Shown here piece after piece: positions 26,065-34,224 of a DNA stretch of 34,730 nt. Source of the stretch: a virus (lineage: Duplodnaviria > Caudoviricetes). Position 1 is the stretch's first letter, and the number at the start of each line of letters is the position of its first letter. The notes under the pieces are model-generated. The model was not told where the DNA came from, searched no databases, and saw nothing but the letters and a program-made list of their open reading frames with translations. The position numbers and the translations under genes were made by a program. The stretch covers positions 1-34,730 of IMG/VR virus record IMGVR_UViG_3300046779_000101; one strand, given 5' to 3'.

Positions 26065-28145
26065 TGGCATACGAAACCGACCCAGATGTTGCGGCATTTT
26101 TGTCTGTCGGTAAAGGTTCTGCCGCCAGCCGAATCCCAACAAAAGAACCAACGCTTGAAGAAATAAAGAAGAACAAAAAGGGTTATTCAAACGCTAACCC
26201 TCAATTGCAAGCGGAAGCAGACTATGCAACCGACCCCGATGTTTCTGCCTTTTTGTCAGTTACACCGAAGAAAGTAAAAACTGCAGACTTGCCAAACCAA
26301 TTCCAACAATTAGTTGGTAAGGGTTTGCAGACATTTCAACAACCAATTCAGCAAATGCGCGATATTGGCGAGGCTGGTGCAGCTTTGTTAAGTGGTGCTG
26401 TTGCCGCGCCTTTGGGTGCTGCTACTGGTGTCGTTTCTGCCTTACGATCAGGTAAGTTTGGCACTCAAGAAGGCATCAAAGCAGGCCAAGAGCAAGCCGC
26501 AAACTTACAACAGCAACTGACCTACCAACCAAGGTCTGAGGGTGCAAAATCTATTGTTGAATCAATTAGCAAGATTCCTGAAAAGATAACTGGTTCAACT
26601 ATGGGGTTCGGGCCTTTGCCTGAAACTTATGGATTTGCGCCTTTGGCTGTGCCTGCGGCTGAACAAGCTGTTGCAAAAACCGCCGCCGCGCCTACTCAAA
26701 TGCGCCAGCAATTTCAGAATCTTAAAGCTCAAGCGCCTACTGTTAGAGTGGAGAAAGTCCAGCCAGGTATGCAATCGGGCGGTGCGGCTGCGGCTGTTCC
26801 AGAGAATGTATTGCGTGGCAACATTGATGCGGCCATTGCTAACGCTACCCCTGAACTTCAGGCTCATGTCAGCGCCCTGCCACCTCAAAAGGTCAACATT
26901 CCTGCTTTGGAAACCAGAGCGTTGGAAGAAAAGCATGGCGTGAACCTTACAACTGGCCAACGTAGTGGGGACACACAGCTTTATTCACAAGAATGGAATA
27001 AGCGTGGCGAATCTGAAGCCTTGGGCAGTCACTTTAATGAGCAACCAGTTCAGATTTCTAACGCTTTTGAAGTGTCTAAACAGCGTCACGCCCCTGATAT
27101 TCCATCGACAGCCGATGCGTCAGAGTTGGGTCAGATAATGATTGACTCATTGGCGGCAAAAGATCAGGTTCGCCAAGACGCTATTAGAGGCGCTTACAAG
27201 GCTTTGGAAGAAGCCAATGGTGGCCAGTTCCCGATTGATGTGCAAACGCTTGACACAAACATTAAGAGCAATTTGGCATCTAAGTTAAAGACAAGCCACC
27301 TTTCTACCGCTATTGCGTCAGACCTCAAAGACTTCTACGCTAATCCAACATTTGAGGCTTACGAGGCTCTGAGAACTAACCTGTCAAACGAAATGCGTTC
27401 TAGCGCAAATGGAAACGCTCGGGCTGCGGCTTACATTGTTCGTCAGGAATTGGAGAACTTGCCTATCTTTGGTGAAGATGGTGGCAGTTTACAAGCACGA
27501 CAATTGAAGGCTTTGGCTGACCAAGCGCGTTCACTACACAAAGAGCGCCAAGACATTCTCAAGTCAAACCCTGCTTATCGTGCCGCTGTTCGTGAGGCTG
27601 GAACTTTGGAAGAAGCCGCCGCCCAAGGTGAAAGCCTGAACGCTGACAAGTTCCACAAGAAATTTGTGGCTAGCGCAAGCCCTGAAGCAATTAGACGCAT
27701 GAAGGCTGAACTTGGTGCTGATGACATTGCTAATCAGGCTATCTCTTTTAGCGAATTGGAACGCGCCAAAAACGCCGCAGTTAATGCTAGTGGCCGCAAC
27801 CTTACACCAGAACAGTTTGCCAAGTTCTTTAAACAGAACAAGTCAATCCTGCGTGAAACTCTGTCGCCTGAAGCGATGCAAGATGTGACCGAGTTGGGTA
27901 TGTTGACTAGCAAGATTGGTATGCCCAAAACAGGCACATTTAATTATTCAAACACTTACAGCGGAATGTTGGCAGACATGGCCAAACAGGGTTTGTTGGG
28001 CGCTGGTGAGGCAAAATTAGCAACAATGACAGGCGGGGCTTCAATTCCTGCTGTGTCTCTTACCCGTCAAATGTTTCAAAGAATGAACAAAGAAGCATTT
28101 GCGCGTGAGGCTCTAAACCCCTATGGTGGACTAACTAAGGACTAA
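26064..28145 (+). CDS. DNA ejection protein (gp16 position)
   Basis: Large helical protein with LTYQPRSE and LTTGQRSG motifs; synteny. Confidence 0.6.
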   Translation: MAYETDPDVAAFLSVGKGSAASRIPTKEPTLEEIKKNKKGYSNANPQLQAEADYATDPDVSAFLSVTPKKVKTADLPNQFQQLVGKGLQTFQQPIQQMRDIGEAGAALLSGAVAAPLGAATGVVSALRSGKFGTQEGIKAGQEQAANLQQQLTYQPRSEGAKSIVESISKIPEKITGSTMGFGPLPETYGFAPLAVPAAEQAVAKTAAAPTQMRQQFQNLKAQAPTVRVEKVQPGMQSGGAAAAVPENVLRGNIDAAIANATPELQAHVSALPPQKVNIPALETRALEEKHGVNLTTGQRSGDTQLYSQEWNKRGESEALGSHFNEQPVQISNAFEVSKQRHAPDIPSTADASELGQIMIDSLAAKDQVRQDAIRGAYKALEEANGGQFPIDVQTLDTNIKSNLASKLKTSHLSTAIASDLKDFYANPTFEAYEALRTNLSNEMRSSANGNARAAAYIVRQELENLPIFGEDGGSLQARQLKALADQARSLHKERQDILKSNPAYRAAVREAGTLEEAAAQGESLNADKFHKKFVASASPEAIRRMKAELGADDIANQAISFSELERAKNAAVNASGRNLTPEQFAKFFKQNKSILRETLSPEAMQDVTELGMLTSKIGMPKTGTFNYSNTYSGMLADMAKQGLLGAGEAKLATMTGGASIPAVSLTRQMFQRMNKEAFAREALNPYGGLTKD

Positions 28146-28147
28146 AA

Positions 28148-28690
28148 ATGGCAGTAAATCTTTCCCCTATTGGTAACGGCTTCCAGTTCTTTACCACCAC
28201 AGGCATCCCGTTAGCGGGTGGTTTCCTCTACACCTATCAAGCGGGTTCAACCACTCCATCAGCGACCTATACCGACAGCGCGGGGACTATCCCCAACACC
28301 AACCCAATCCAATTGGGGACTGATGGCCGCCCACCACAAGAGATTTGGTTAACCGCTGGCTCGACTTATAAGTTTGTGTTGGCCGATTCCTCTAACGTGG
28401 TGATTCAGACCTATGACAACCTTTATGGAATTATTGGCACGACTCCATCTGTTAGTGCTGTTCCTGCTGGCGGGATTATTATGTGGTCTGGCTCAATCGC
28501 TAGTATCCCTTCTGGATATTATCTTTGCGATGGTCAGAACGGCACTCCTGACTTGCGTGATCGTTTTGTTGTTGGCTCTGGCTCAACCTATGCTGTGGGT
28601 AATACTGGCGGTTTTACTTCTGCTGTGACCTCAAACATCGGCACAAACCTGCCCCTGTATTATTCTTTGGCGTTTATCCAGAAAGCCTAA
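28148..28690 (+). CDS. short tail protein: tailspike head-binding-like N-terminus plus phage tail collar domain
   Basis: GIPLAGGFLYTYQAG...NTNPIQLGTDGR; VPAGGIIMWSG...LCDGQNGTPDLRDRFVVG. Confidence 0.75.
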   Translation: MAVNLSPIGNGFQFFTTTGIPLAGGFLYTYQAGSTTPSATYTDSAGTIPNTNPIQLGTDGRPPQEIWLTAGSTYKFVLADSSNVVIQTYDNLYGIIGTTPSVSAVPAGGIIMWSGSIASIPSGYYLCDGQNGTPDLRDRFVVGSGSTYAVGNTGGFTSAVTSNIGTNLPLYYSLAFIQKA

Positions 28691-28691
28691 G

Positions 28692-28886
28692 ATGGAAAAC
28701 GTGGAGACTAAATTGGCCGTTCACGAAGCCATTTGTGCCGAGCGTTACCACCGAATCAATAGCTCTTTGGATGACGGTTCTAAGCGCATGACAAAGATTG
28801 AATATCTTTTGTATGCGGTGATGATCGCTGTCCTGCTTGGGCCTGGCGTGGCTGCCGAGTTTGTAAAGAAACTTTTGGGGTTGTGA
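28692..28886 (+). CDS. XhlA-like/holin-like membrane protein
   Basis: HEAICAERY coiled coil followed by one TM segment. Confidence 0.6.
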   Translation: MENVETKLAVHEAICAERYHRINSSLDDGSKRMTKIEYLLYAVMIAVLLGPGVAAEFVKKLLGL

Positions 28887-28905
28887 TATTGACCCGATTT
28901 CTGCA

Positions 28906-29706
28906 ATGCTCATGCTGTCAAGCGCACTCAAGGGCATACGCTCTTGTTGTGAAATGTTGTCACAGGGCAAAGCAGAGATACAGCGCATAAAGAAGGGGGT
29001 CGCTGATGCCAAAGAGATTGCGAAGGAAGTTTCTGGATTCTTTGGTTGGATTAAAAGCCTATTTAGTTCTGAAGCCAAGCCTAGCCCTGAAAGCGTACCA
29101 GTTAAGTCAGAAAAGAAAGTAAAGGATGAATATGTTGACTACATTCCTGACCAAGATGCGATCATTGACCAGTTCATTAAGCACGTTGGCGACTTCTTTA
29201 AAGCACAGGCTTACCTCATTGCTTACAAAGAAGATTTAGAGCGCAAAGTGTTTAGCACCTCATACGGCGACAACAACATTGGAGCTTTGGAATTGATTTC
29301 CATTGAAACAAAGTTGGTCAAGTGTGGGACTGAGCTACGGGAGTTGATGAACGAAGCGCCTGCGGAACTTGGCCCTCTGTACAGCCGATATAAAGCCATG
29401 TACGCTAAGATTCTTGATGAACAGCGTAAGGCAAGGGAAAGGGACAAAAGAAACGAAAAGCAAAGGCGTTTAGACAAGATCAAGACTGAAAATGACAGGG
29501 TTGATCGTTGTGTTCCTCATTGGGTTACGCTTGGTTTGGTCATTATCTTTTGGTTGTTTGTATGGCTAATATCTCTGAATATGACGCAAAAATCTACTTT
29601 TGGGGCATGGTCTTATTCGCCACCGTCAGCTTTATCGCACTCCCTGTCGTTGCCTTTATTTATCTGGAAAACCGAATCATCAACGAACAAACCAAGATTG
29701 CTTTGA
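28906..29706 (+). CDS. hypothetical coiled-coil membrane-anchored protein in lysis region
   Basis: Long coiled coil then TM (WVTLGLVIIFWLFVWLI); may start at ATT 28888. Confidence 0.65.
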   Translation: MLMLSSALKGIRSCCEMLSQGKAEIQRIKKGVADAKEIAKEVSGFFGWIKSLFSSEAKPSPESVPVKSEKKVKDEYVDYIPDQDAIIDQFIKHVGDFFKAQAYLIAYKEDLERKVFSTSYGDNNIGALELISIETKLVKCGTELRELMNEAPAELGPLYSRYKAMYAKILDEQRKARERDKRNEKQRRLDKIKTENDRVDRCVPHWVTLGLVIIFWLFVWLISLNMTQKSTFGAWSYSPPSALSHSLSLPLFIWKTESSTNKPRLL

Positions 29707-29756
29707 AGAAGATTGAAAAGCTGGAAAAGAAGTTAACCAAAGAAAAGGAAGAATGA
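29562..29756 (+). CDS. small membrane protein overlapping the upstream gene
   Basis: MANISEYDAKIYFWGMVLFATVSFIALPVVAFIYL...; stop overlaps the next ATG. Confidence 0.55.
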   Translation: MANISEYDAKIYFWGMVLFATVSFIALPVVAFIYLENRIINEQTKIALKKIEKLEKKLTKEKEE

Positions 29757-30238
29757 TGTTACCAATCGTTGCTGGAATCGTGGCCAACCTGATTAACAAC
29801 GGGATGCACAAGGTTGCTGACCAAGTTATAGAGAAGGGCGTTGATGCTGTCCAACAGAAACTTGGCATGGAACTCAAGCCAGAGGGCGAGGCCACACCAG
29901 AATACAACGCTAAGTTACAAGAGGAAGCAAACCGTCATTCTGAGTTTATGGCCACGCTTGACGAGAAATCAACCCAACGCGCAACAGATATGTATATGGC
30001 CGATGACAGCACCAAGCGCTTTACTCAGCTTTATGCGTGGTTCTTAACTGTCGTTTCGTTCTTGTATTTCTTTATGGTATCTTTCATGCCCATCGAGAAC
30101 CGCAACCGAGACTTCATCAACATCATTTTGGGATTTCTAATCGGTACTGCGGTGAACTCTTTGATTCGCTTCTTCTATGGGTCATCTAACAAGTCTCAAG
30201 AGGCTGTTGACCAAAAGCAAAAGGAACAAAAAGAATGA
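29753..30238 (+). CDS. putative holin (3TM/GTA-holin-like)
   Basis: TM segments ending in FFYGSS with a basic tail; directly before the endolysin. Confidence 0.65.
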   Translation: MMLPIVAGIVANLINNGMHKVADQVIEKGVDAVQQKLGMELKPEGEATPEYNAKLQEEANRHSEFMATLDEKSTQRATDMYMADDSTKRFTQLYAWFLTVVSFLYFFMVSFMPIENRNRDFINIILGFLIGTAVNSLIRFFYGSSNKSQEAVDQKQKEQKE

Positions 30239-30885
30239 TTCCAGAGCGCAAACACCTTGAAGCTGCGGGGGTGAAAGACCCTGATAAATGGCTAGATGCC
30301 GTGGTTCAAACCTGCCAAGAGTTTGAGATTGACACCCTTGAAAGAATTGCTGCCTTCATTGCTCAGACCGCCCATGAATCTGGTGGGTATACGATGCTGA
30401 CAGAGAACCTAAACTACAAAGCGGCAACCTTGGCGGCTTGTTGGCCAAACCGATTTGCTGTTCTTGGCGCTGACAAAAAACCCATCAAAGATGACAAAGG
30501 CAAGTTAACACCAACTGCTGTGGCAAACTCAATAGCGGGTCAGCCTGAACGCATCGCCAACTTGGTTTACAGCTCACGTATGGGCAACGGCCCTGCTGAA
30601 TCTGGCGAGGGTTGGAAGTACCGTGGAAGGGGTTTAAAACAACTCACAGGCAAGGACAACTACAACCGTTGTGGGCAAGCCTTAAGCGTTGATTTTGTGG
30701 GCAACCCTGACCTTTTGTTAGAGCCCCTTTATGCCGCCCGTTCTGCTGGTTGGTTTTGGAAATCTAATAACCTGTCTAAATTTGCCGATGTGGAAGATTT
30801 AGAGGGCATGACCAAAAAAATCAATGGTGGACTAATCGGGATTGCAGACCGAAAAGCCCGTTACCAAAAGGTCAAGTCAGTCTAA
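30235..30885 (+). CDS. endolysin, glycoside hydrolase family 19
   Basis: FIAQTAHESGG, ENLNY, YRGRGLKQLTGKDNY, TKKINGG motifs. Confidence 0.93.
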   Translation: MIPERKHLEAAGVKDPDKWLDAVVQTCQEFEIDTLERIAAFIAQTAHESGGYTMLTENLNYKAATLAACWPNRFAVLGADKKPIKDDKGKLTPTAVANSIAGQPERIANLVYSSRMGNGPAESGEGWKYRGRGLKQLTGKDNYNRCGQALSVDFVGNPDLLLEPLYAARSAGWFWKSNNLSKFADVEDLEGMTKKINGGLIGIADRKARYQKVKSV

Positions 30886-30972
30886 GGCGCTGAGAGCTAA
30901 GACAAACACGCCAACGGCAACGCTGATAACAGCGCCAAGGATTAGGATTGCTGAGAGCATGATTATGTTCAT
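30877..30972 (-). CDS. 31-aa hydrophobic peptide
   Basis: Hand-translated MNIIMLSAILILGAVISVAVGVFVLALSALD; ATGA coupled to the upstream minus-strand gene. Confidence 0.5.
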   Translation of the reverse strand: MNIIMLSAILILGAVISVAVGVFVLALSALD

Positions 30973-31283
30973 CGTTTCATATTCCTTACAAATACTGCAA
31001 AGCTAGCGGCGGTGTCTCCAAAGACAACCATCTTTTCAAACTCTGCCGCCACTTCCTCAAGGACTAGATTGCGGTAAGGGTCTAGTTCTTTCTTTTGTTC
31101 AATTTGTTGTTTACGCCAACCCATTGCCTGCTCACGCTCAATGCGGTCAAATTCGTCATCTTCATCGGTCATTACAAACCCTTCCTTTTCTAGCCACTTT
31201 CGGAAATTTTCATCTATTTGGGTCGGTTTGGCACGTTTTCTTTTCCCATACCAAGGCGCGCCAGGGGCGAGAACTGTTTTCAT
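30969..31283 (-). CDS. hypothetical protein
   Basis: 104 aa; RNLVLEEVAAEFEKM...GDTAASFAVFVR phage motif; coupled. Confidence 0.65.
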   Translation of the reverse strand: MKTVLAPGAPWYGKRKRAKPTQIDENFRKWLEKEGFVMTDEDDEFDRIEREQAMGWRKQQIEQKKELDPYRNLVLEEVAAEFEKMVVFGDTAASFAVFVRNMKR

Positions 31284-31351
31284 CCCCAGAAAGCCAAGTC
31301 TAAAAGCAATGCCACAAAGACTATCCCAAGCAAAAGTTCGAAGTCATTCAC
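31280..31351 (-). CDS. 23-aa hydrophobic peptide
   Basis: Hand-translated (GTG) MNDFELLLGIVFVALLLDLAFWG; 4-nt overlaps on both sides. Confidence 0.45.
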   Translation of the reverse strand: MNDFELLLGIVFVALLLDLAFWG

Positions 31352-31647
31352 AACAACCTCACTTGAACTGGAATAAACGCCCACTCGCGTTCCATACGGC
31401 CGCTGTTGGATTTCACTTGTTTTCCTGTTAAACATATTTGACCCTCTTTCATAAGCTCATTCAACCGTCTTGCTACCTGATTACCGTCAAGCCCTGTGTG
31501 CTTGGCGATACCGTCTTTGCCCAACGCGCCATGTATTTGGAGACAAGTAACAATCAAGCGTGAGTGATGCTTTGAAAGTTCTTTGGCTGAATCGGCAGCC
31601 ATGAAGCTGGTGATTGGGTCTGTGTTTCTCGCTCTAATGTGTTCCAT
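31348..31647 (-). CDS. winged-helix DNA-binding protein
   Basis: ARNTDPITS..AA N-terminus, IAKHTGLDGNQVARRLNEL HTH, SGRMEREW wing; AGGAG RBS. Confidence 0.7.
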   Translation of the reverse strand: MEHIRARNTDPITSFMAADSAKELSKHHSRLIVTCLQIHGALGKDGIAKHTGLDGNQVARRLNELMKEGQICLTGKQVKSNSGRMEREWAFIPVQVRLL

Positions 31648-31666
31648 CTAATTACTCCTAAAGGGT

Positions 31667-31758
31667 GGGGTACTCGCTGCGACTGTGGCGAACCAACTTT
31701 GAACGGCACACATCGGTATTGGTTGAGGCGACTGCAACCACAGCATCCGCTTTCCCCC
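31667..31758 (-). ncRNA. candidate structured RNA with loop-E-like motif
   Basis: Minus strand GGGGAAAGC...GCGAGUACCCC; inner stems CUGUGG/CCACAG and AACCAA/UUGGUU. Confidence 0.5.
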
Positions 31759-31763
31759 GTTAA

Positions 31764-31979
31764 TCAAAAATCCATGTCTGAGTGTTCTTTTTCGCGTGGT
31801 TCGTTGAGATAAGCCCAACCTGACCAACCACCCTCAATGATTGGCAGATTGTCCAATTTCAACATCAGACCGTTCTTTGTGTCAATGATCGAGCCGATGC
31901 GGTAATACTTGGTCTTTTCAACGCCGTCTTTCATGTACTTGCCACCTGTGACGGTGACTTCATATTTAAATTTACTCAT
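31764..31979 (-). CDS. small SSB-like protein
   Basis: Follows erf/exonuclease; beta-rich, C-terminal acidic-aromatic DMDF tail. Confidence 0.55.
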   Translation of the reverse strand: MSKFKYEVTVTGGKYMKDGVEKTKYYRIGSIIDTKNGLMLKLDNLPIIEGGWSGWAYLNEPREKEHSDMDF

Positions 31980-32596
31980 AGTTTTCCTTTTAAGTCATTG
32001 AGTTTGCTTACTTTCACATCTAATTCCATCAGAAACGACAGAACTTCTTTCTCCAACATTGATATGTAATCTTCATCCCTTGGGACTCGCTTAATAAACA
32101 ATTGGAGTTCTTTTGGCAATCGTGGGTCAAAGCTCACGAAGTCACACCACTTTCTGTAGGTACAAGCCATTTGCCATTGCATCTGGGTAACATACTTGCC
32201 TGGCACAGTCTGGGTCAGCAAGGTGTCAATATGCGTAGCGGTATTAGGGCATTTAATCTCTACCAAACCCTCATCCCCAACAAGCCCATCAGGTGACGCG
32301 CCAGCCTGCTCAATGCGTGGGTGGGTAATCATGGCTACCTCATCCACCAAAACATCTTTAATGGCCTCATAAGCGGCTCTGGCGAGGGGTTCGTTATCTG
32401 TACCCCATTGCATTGCCGCATTGGTGTAGGACTCTGCCACAGTTCCTGTCATGCGCTCACAGACTAACTGCGCCATGTAGTTCTCGCGGCTGGTTGAATA
32501 GCCTGTTTTGGTCTTGGCAATCACATCAGCTACCCGTGAGGCCGTGACCTTACCCAAGCGCTGTGCGAACCATTCTGGTGTTCCCTGTTCAATCAT
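31976..32596 (-). CDS. YqaJ/lambda-type exonuclease
   Basis: QGTPEW..RLGKVTAS, GASPDGLV, EIKCP, YVTQMQWQM; start at ATG 32596. Confidence 0.93.
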   Translation of the reverse strand: MIEQGTPEWFAQRLGKVTASRVADVIAKTKTGYSTSRENYMAQLVCERMTGTVAESYTNAAMQWGTDNEPLARAAYEAIKDVLVDEVAMITHPRIEQAGASPDGLVGDEGLVEIKCPNTATHIDTLLTQTVPGKYVTQMQWQMACTYRKWCDFVSFDPRLPKELQLFIKRVPRDEDYISMLEKEVLSFLMELDVKVSKLNDLKGKL

Positions 32597-32775
32597 TCTT
32601 GTATCTCCAAAAATGTTTCTGGTTCTGTGTATCCAAATGCGTTGTCTGTACAAAACATTTCTAATTTATCTTTCAATTTTTCGTTAATCATGTCTTTTAG
32701 ACAACTGTGATTTGCGTCTGTTCTTACAGATATATGCGCTTCAAATATCACTTTGATGGTTTCAAACTTCTTCAT
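32593..32775 (-). CDS. hypothetical protein
   Basis: MKKFETIKV...; coupled on both sides; AT-rich. Confidence 0.55.
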   Translation of the reverse strand: MKKFETIKVIFEAHISVRTDANHSCLKDMINEKLKDKLEMFCTDNAFGYTEPETFLEIQE

Positions 32776-32969
32776 TGTTCTCTCGCTTTCAGCATTGCGT
32801 CTGCTATCCAATAAGAAGCCTCTGCAAGTTTGTCGTCTGGACTTGAATAGTTTGGGTCGCTAAGAATTGCTTGCATCGCCTTGGCAGCAAAGTAATCACG
32901 CAATGTCATGCCTTCTTGTGGGCTTCCCCACCCTTCCCATCTTGGGCTTGGAAACGCTGGTGTATTCAT
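32772..32969 (-). CDS. hypothetical protein (MTLRDYFAAKAMQ family)
   Basis: PAFP...GMTLRDYFAAKAMQ...ADAMLKAR, a widespread phage motif. Confidence 0.8.
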   Translation of the reverse strand: MNTPAFPSPRWEGWGSPQEGMTLRDYFAAKAMQAILSDPNYSSPDDKLAEASYWIADAMLKAREQ

Positions 32970-33514
32970 GACAGACTCGCTTTCTTTTCGTCTTTAGCTG
33001 CAATGATTTTCTTCTGCCAGTTCGCATCAGTCCCACAAGCCTTATACGCTTCTGTGTAGGCTTTCTTTAGTTCGTCTGCGTTCTTAGCGTCTTGAATAGC
33101 AACCAAATGGTCTGCCATCATGTTTGAATCAACCGATGGTTTACGGCTAGCCATGTTGCCATCATCATCTTCTGGCGCGATACCGCAAGCTGCCATCAAT
33201 GAATAACGGCGGCCATAAGTAAGCGCAGAAGCGTAGCCCTGTGGGTCTTTCTTGGTGGCAGGAAAGTGGACAATCCCGCACTCCAACATCTCACCTGATT
33301 CGTGAACAAACACAGTCTCAACCATAATGCCGTCAGGACAATCGTAGTTCTTCTGTAAAAGGAAAATGCCGTTGTCGTTCAATGCGTCAATGACAGCCTC
33401 AACGCAAGCTGACAAGTCAGCATACTTTGAGCGAAAGTGTGGGTTGGTGGAAGTCTTAAGGGCAGGGCCAAAGGCTTTTTGTGCCTTGACAAGTGCGGTG
33501 GCGATATTTTTCAT
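32966..33514 (-). CDS. erf: ERF-family ssDNA annealing recombinase
   Basis: NPHFRSKYADL, HESGE, QGYASALTYGRRYSL, APEDDDGN. Confidence 0.92.
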   Translation of the reverse strand: MKNIATALVKAQKAFGPALKTSTNPHFRSKYADLSACVEAVIDALNDNGIFLLQKNYDCPDGIMVETVFVHESGEMLECGIVHFPATKKDPQGYASALTYGRRYSLMAACGIAPEDDDGNMASRKPSVDSNMMADHLVAIQDAKNADELKKAYTEAYKACGTDANWQKKIIAAKDEKKASLS

Positions 33515-33691
33515 TTATTTACTCCAGATAAAAACATCTAATGCAACAACAACCAAGGCGACAACGCTGATGGCCATGATTACTTTGTCAACCCAATGAA
33601 GCCCGTTGTAAGGCTTCTCAATTGATGCGCCATATTCCATCGTGTTGGGAAAGGCTTCGTTAAGTGTGCGGGGGTGTTTGCGTTCAGTCAT
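33515..33691 (-). CDS. small membrane protein, 58 aa
   Basis: Hand-translated MTERKHPRTLNEAF...VIMAISVVALVVVALDVFIWSK. Confidence 0.65.
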   Translation of the reverse strand: MTERKHPRTLNEAFPNTMEYGASIEKPYNGLHWVDKVIMAISVVALVVVALDVFIWSK

Positions 33692-33909
33692 GCTGCGTTC
33701 TCCAAAGCAATCTCCAAAGCCAAGTCAGCGTCACGGCGCTTAATGATGGCAAGATAGTTTTGTTCAAATTCGCGGATTACAGCAGGTGACAGCAAGTTGT
33801 AAATGCAATCGTCACCGATCATTACATTCCACAGAGAACCTGTGTATGGGTCAAAGATACATTCAAACGTTGCGGTTGAATCGTGGTGGGTCATTGTCAA
33901 AGTTTCCAT
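33688..33909 (-). CDS. hypothetical protein (first leftward early gene)
   Basis: AGGAG RBS; 73 aa. Confidence 0.7.
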   Translation of the reverse strand: METLTMTHHDSTATFECIFDPYTGSLWNVMIGDDCIYNLLSPAVIREFEQNYLAIIKRRDADLALEIALENAA

Positions 33910-33954
33910 CTAAATACTCCTAAGTAACGCCGAGAAGTTCAGCGCATGGGTTGA

Positions 33955-33984
33955 ATCATAACTACAAATGTAGACAAATGCCAA
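33955..33984 (-). promoter_or_regulatory. leftward early promoter TTGGCA-N18-TATGAT containing operator CTACAAATGTAG (33962-33973)
   Basis: Hexamers on the minus strand; inverted repeat in the spacer. Confidence 0.6.
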
Positions 33985-34035
33985 GACCTTACAAAAATAT
34001 TTTTAGCGTGTGGCGTAAATGCAACTGTTGCCCGT

Positions 34036-34050
34036 CTACCAATGTAGAAT
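34036..34050 (+). promoter_or_regulatory. operator CTACCAATGTAG overlapping the rightward -10 TAGAAT
   Basis: 11/12 identical to the operator at 33962; -10 sits 6 nt before the cro ATG (possibly leaderless). Confidence 0.6.
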
Positions 34051-34056
34051 AATTGC

Positions 34057-34224
34057 ATGACTATTGAAGATGCTATCAAACGCGCAGGCTCACCAAGTGA
34101 GCTAGCCAGGCTTTTAGGCGTAAGCCGAGGGGCTGTGTACTTGTGGCAGACGCGAAAGTTCCCCAAGATGAGGGTTTATCAACTACGGGTAATGCGCCCA
34201 GAATGGTTTGAGGTGATTGAATGA
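34057..34224 (+). CDS. cro: Cro-like HTH repressor, 55 aa
   Basis: Hand-translated MTIEDAIKRAGSPSELARLLGVSRGAVYLW...RPEWF. Confidence 0.85.
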   Translation: MTIEDAIKRAGSPSELARLLGVSRGAVYLWQTRKFPKMRVYQLRVMRPEWFEVIE

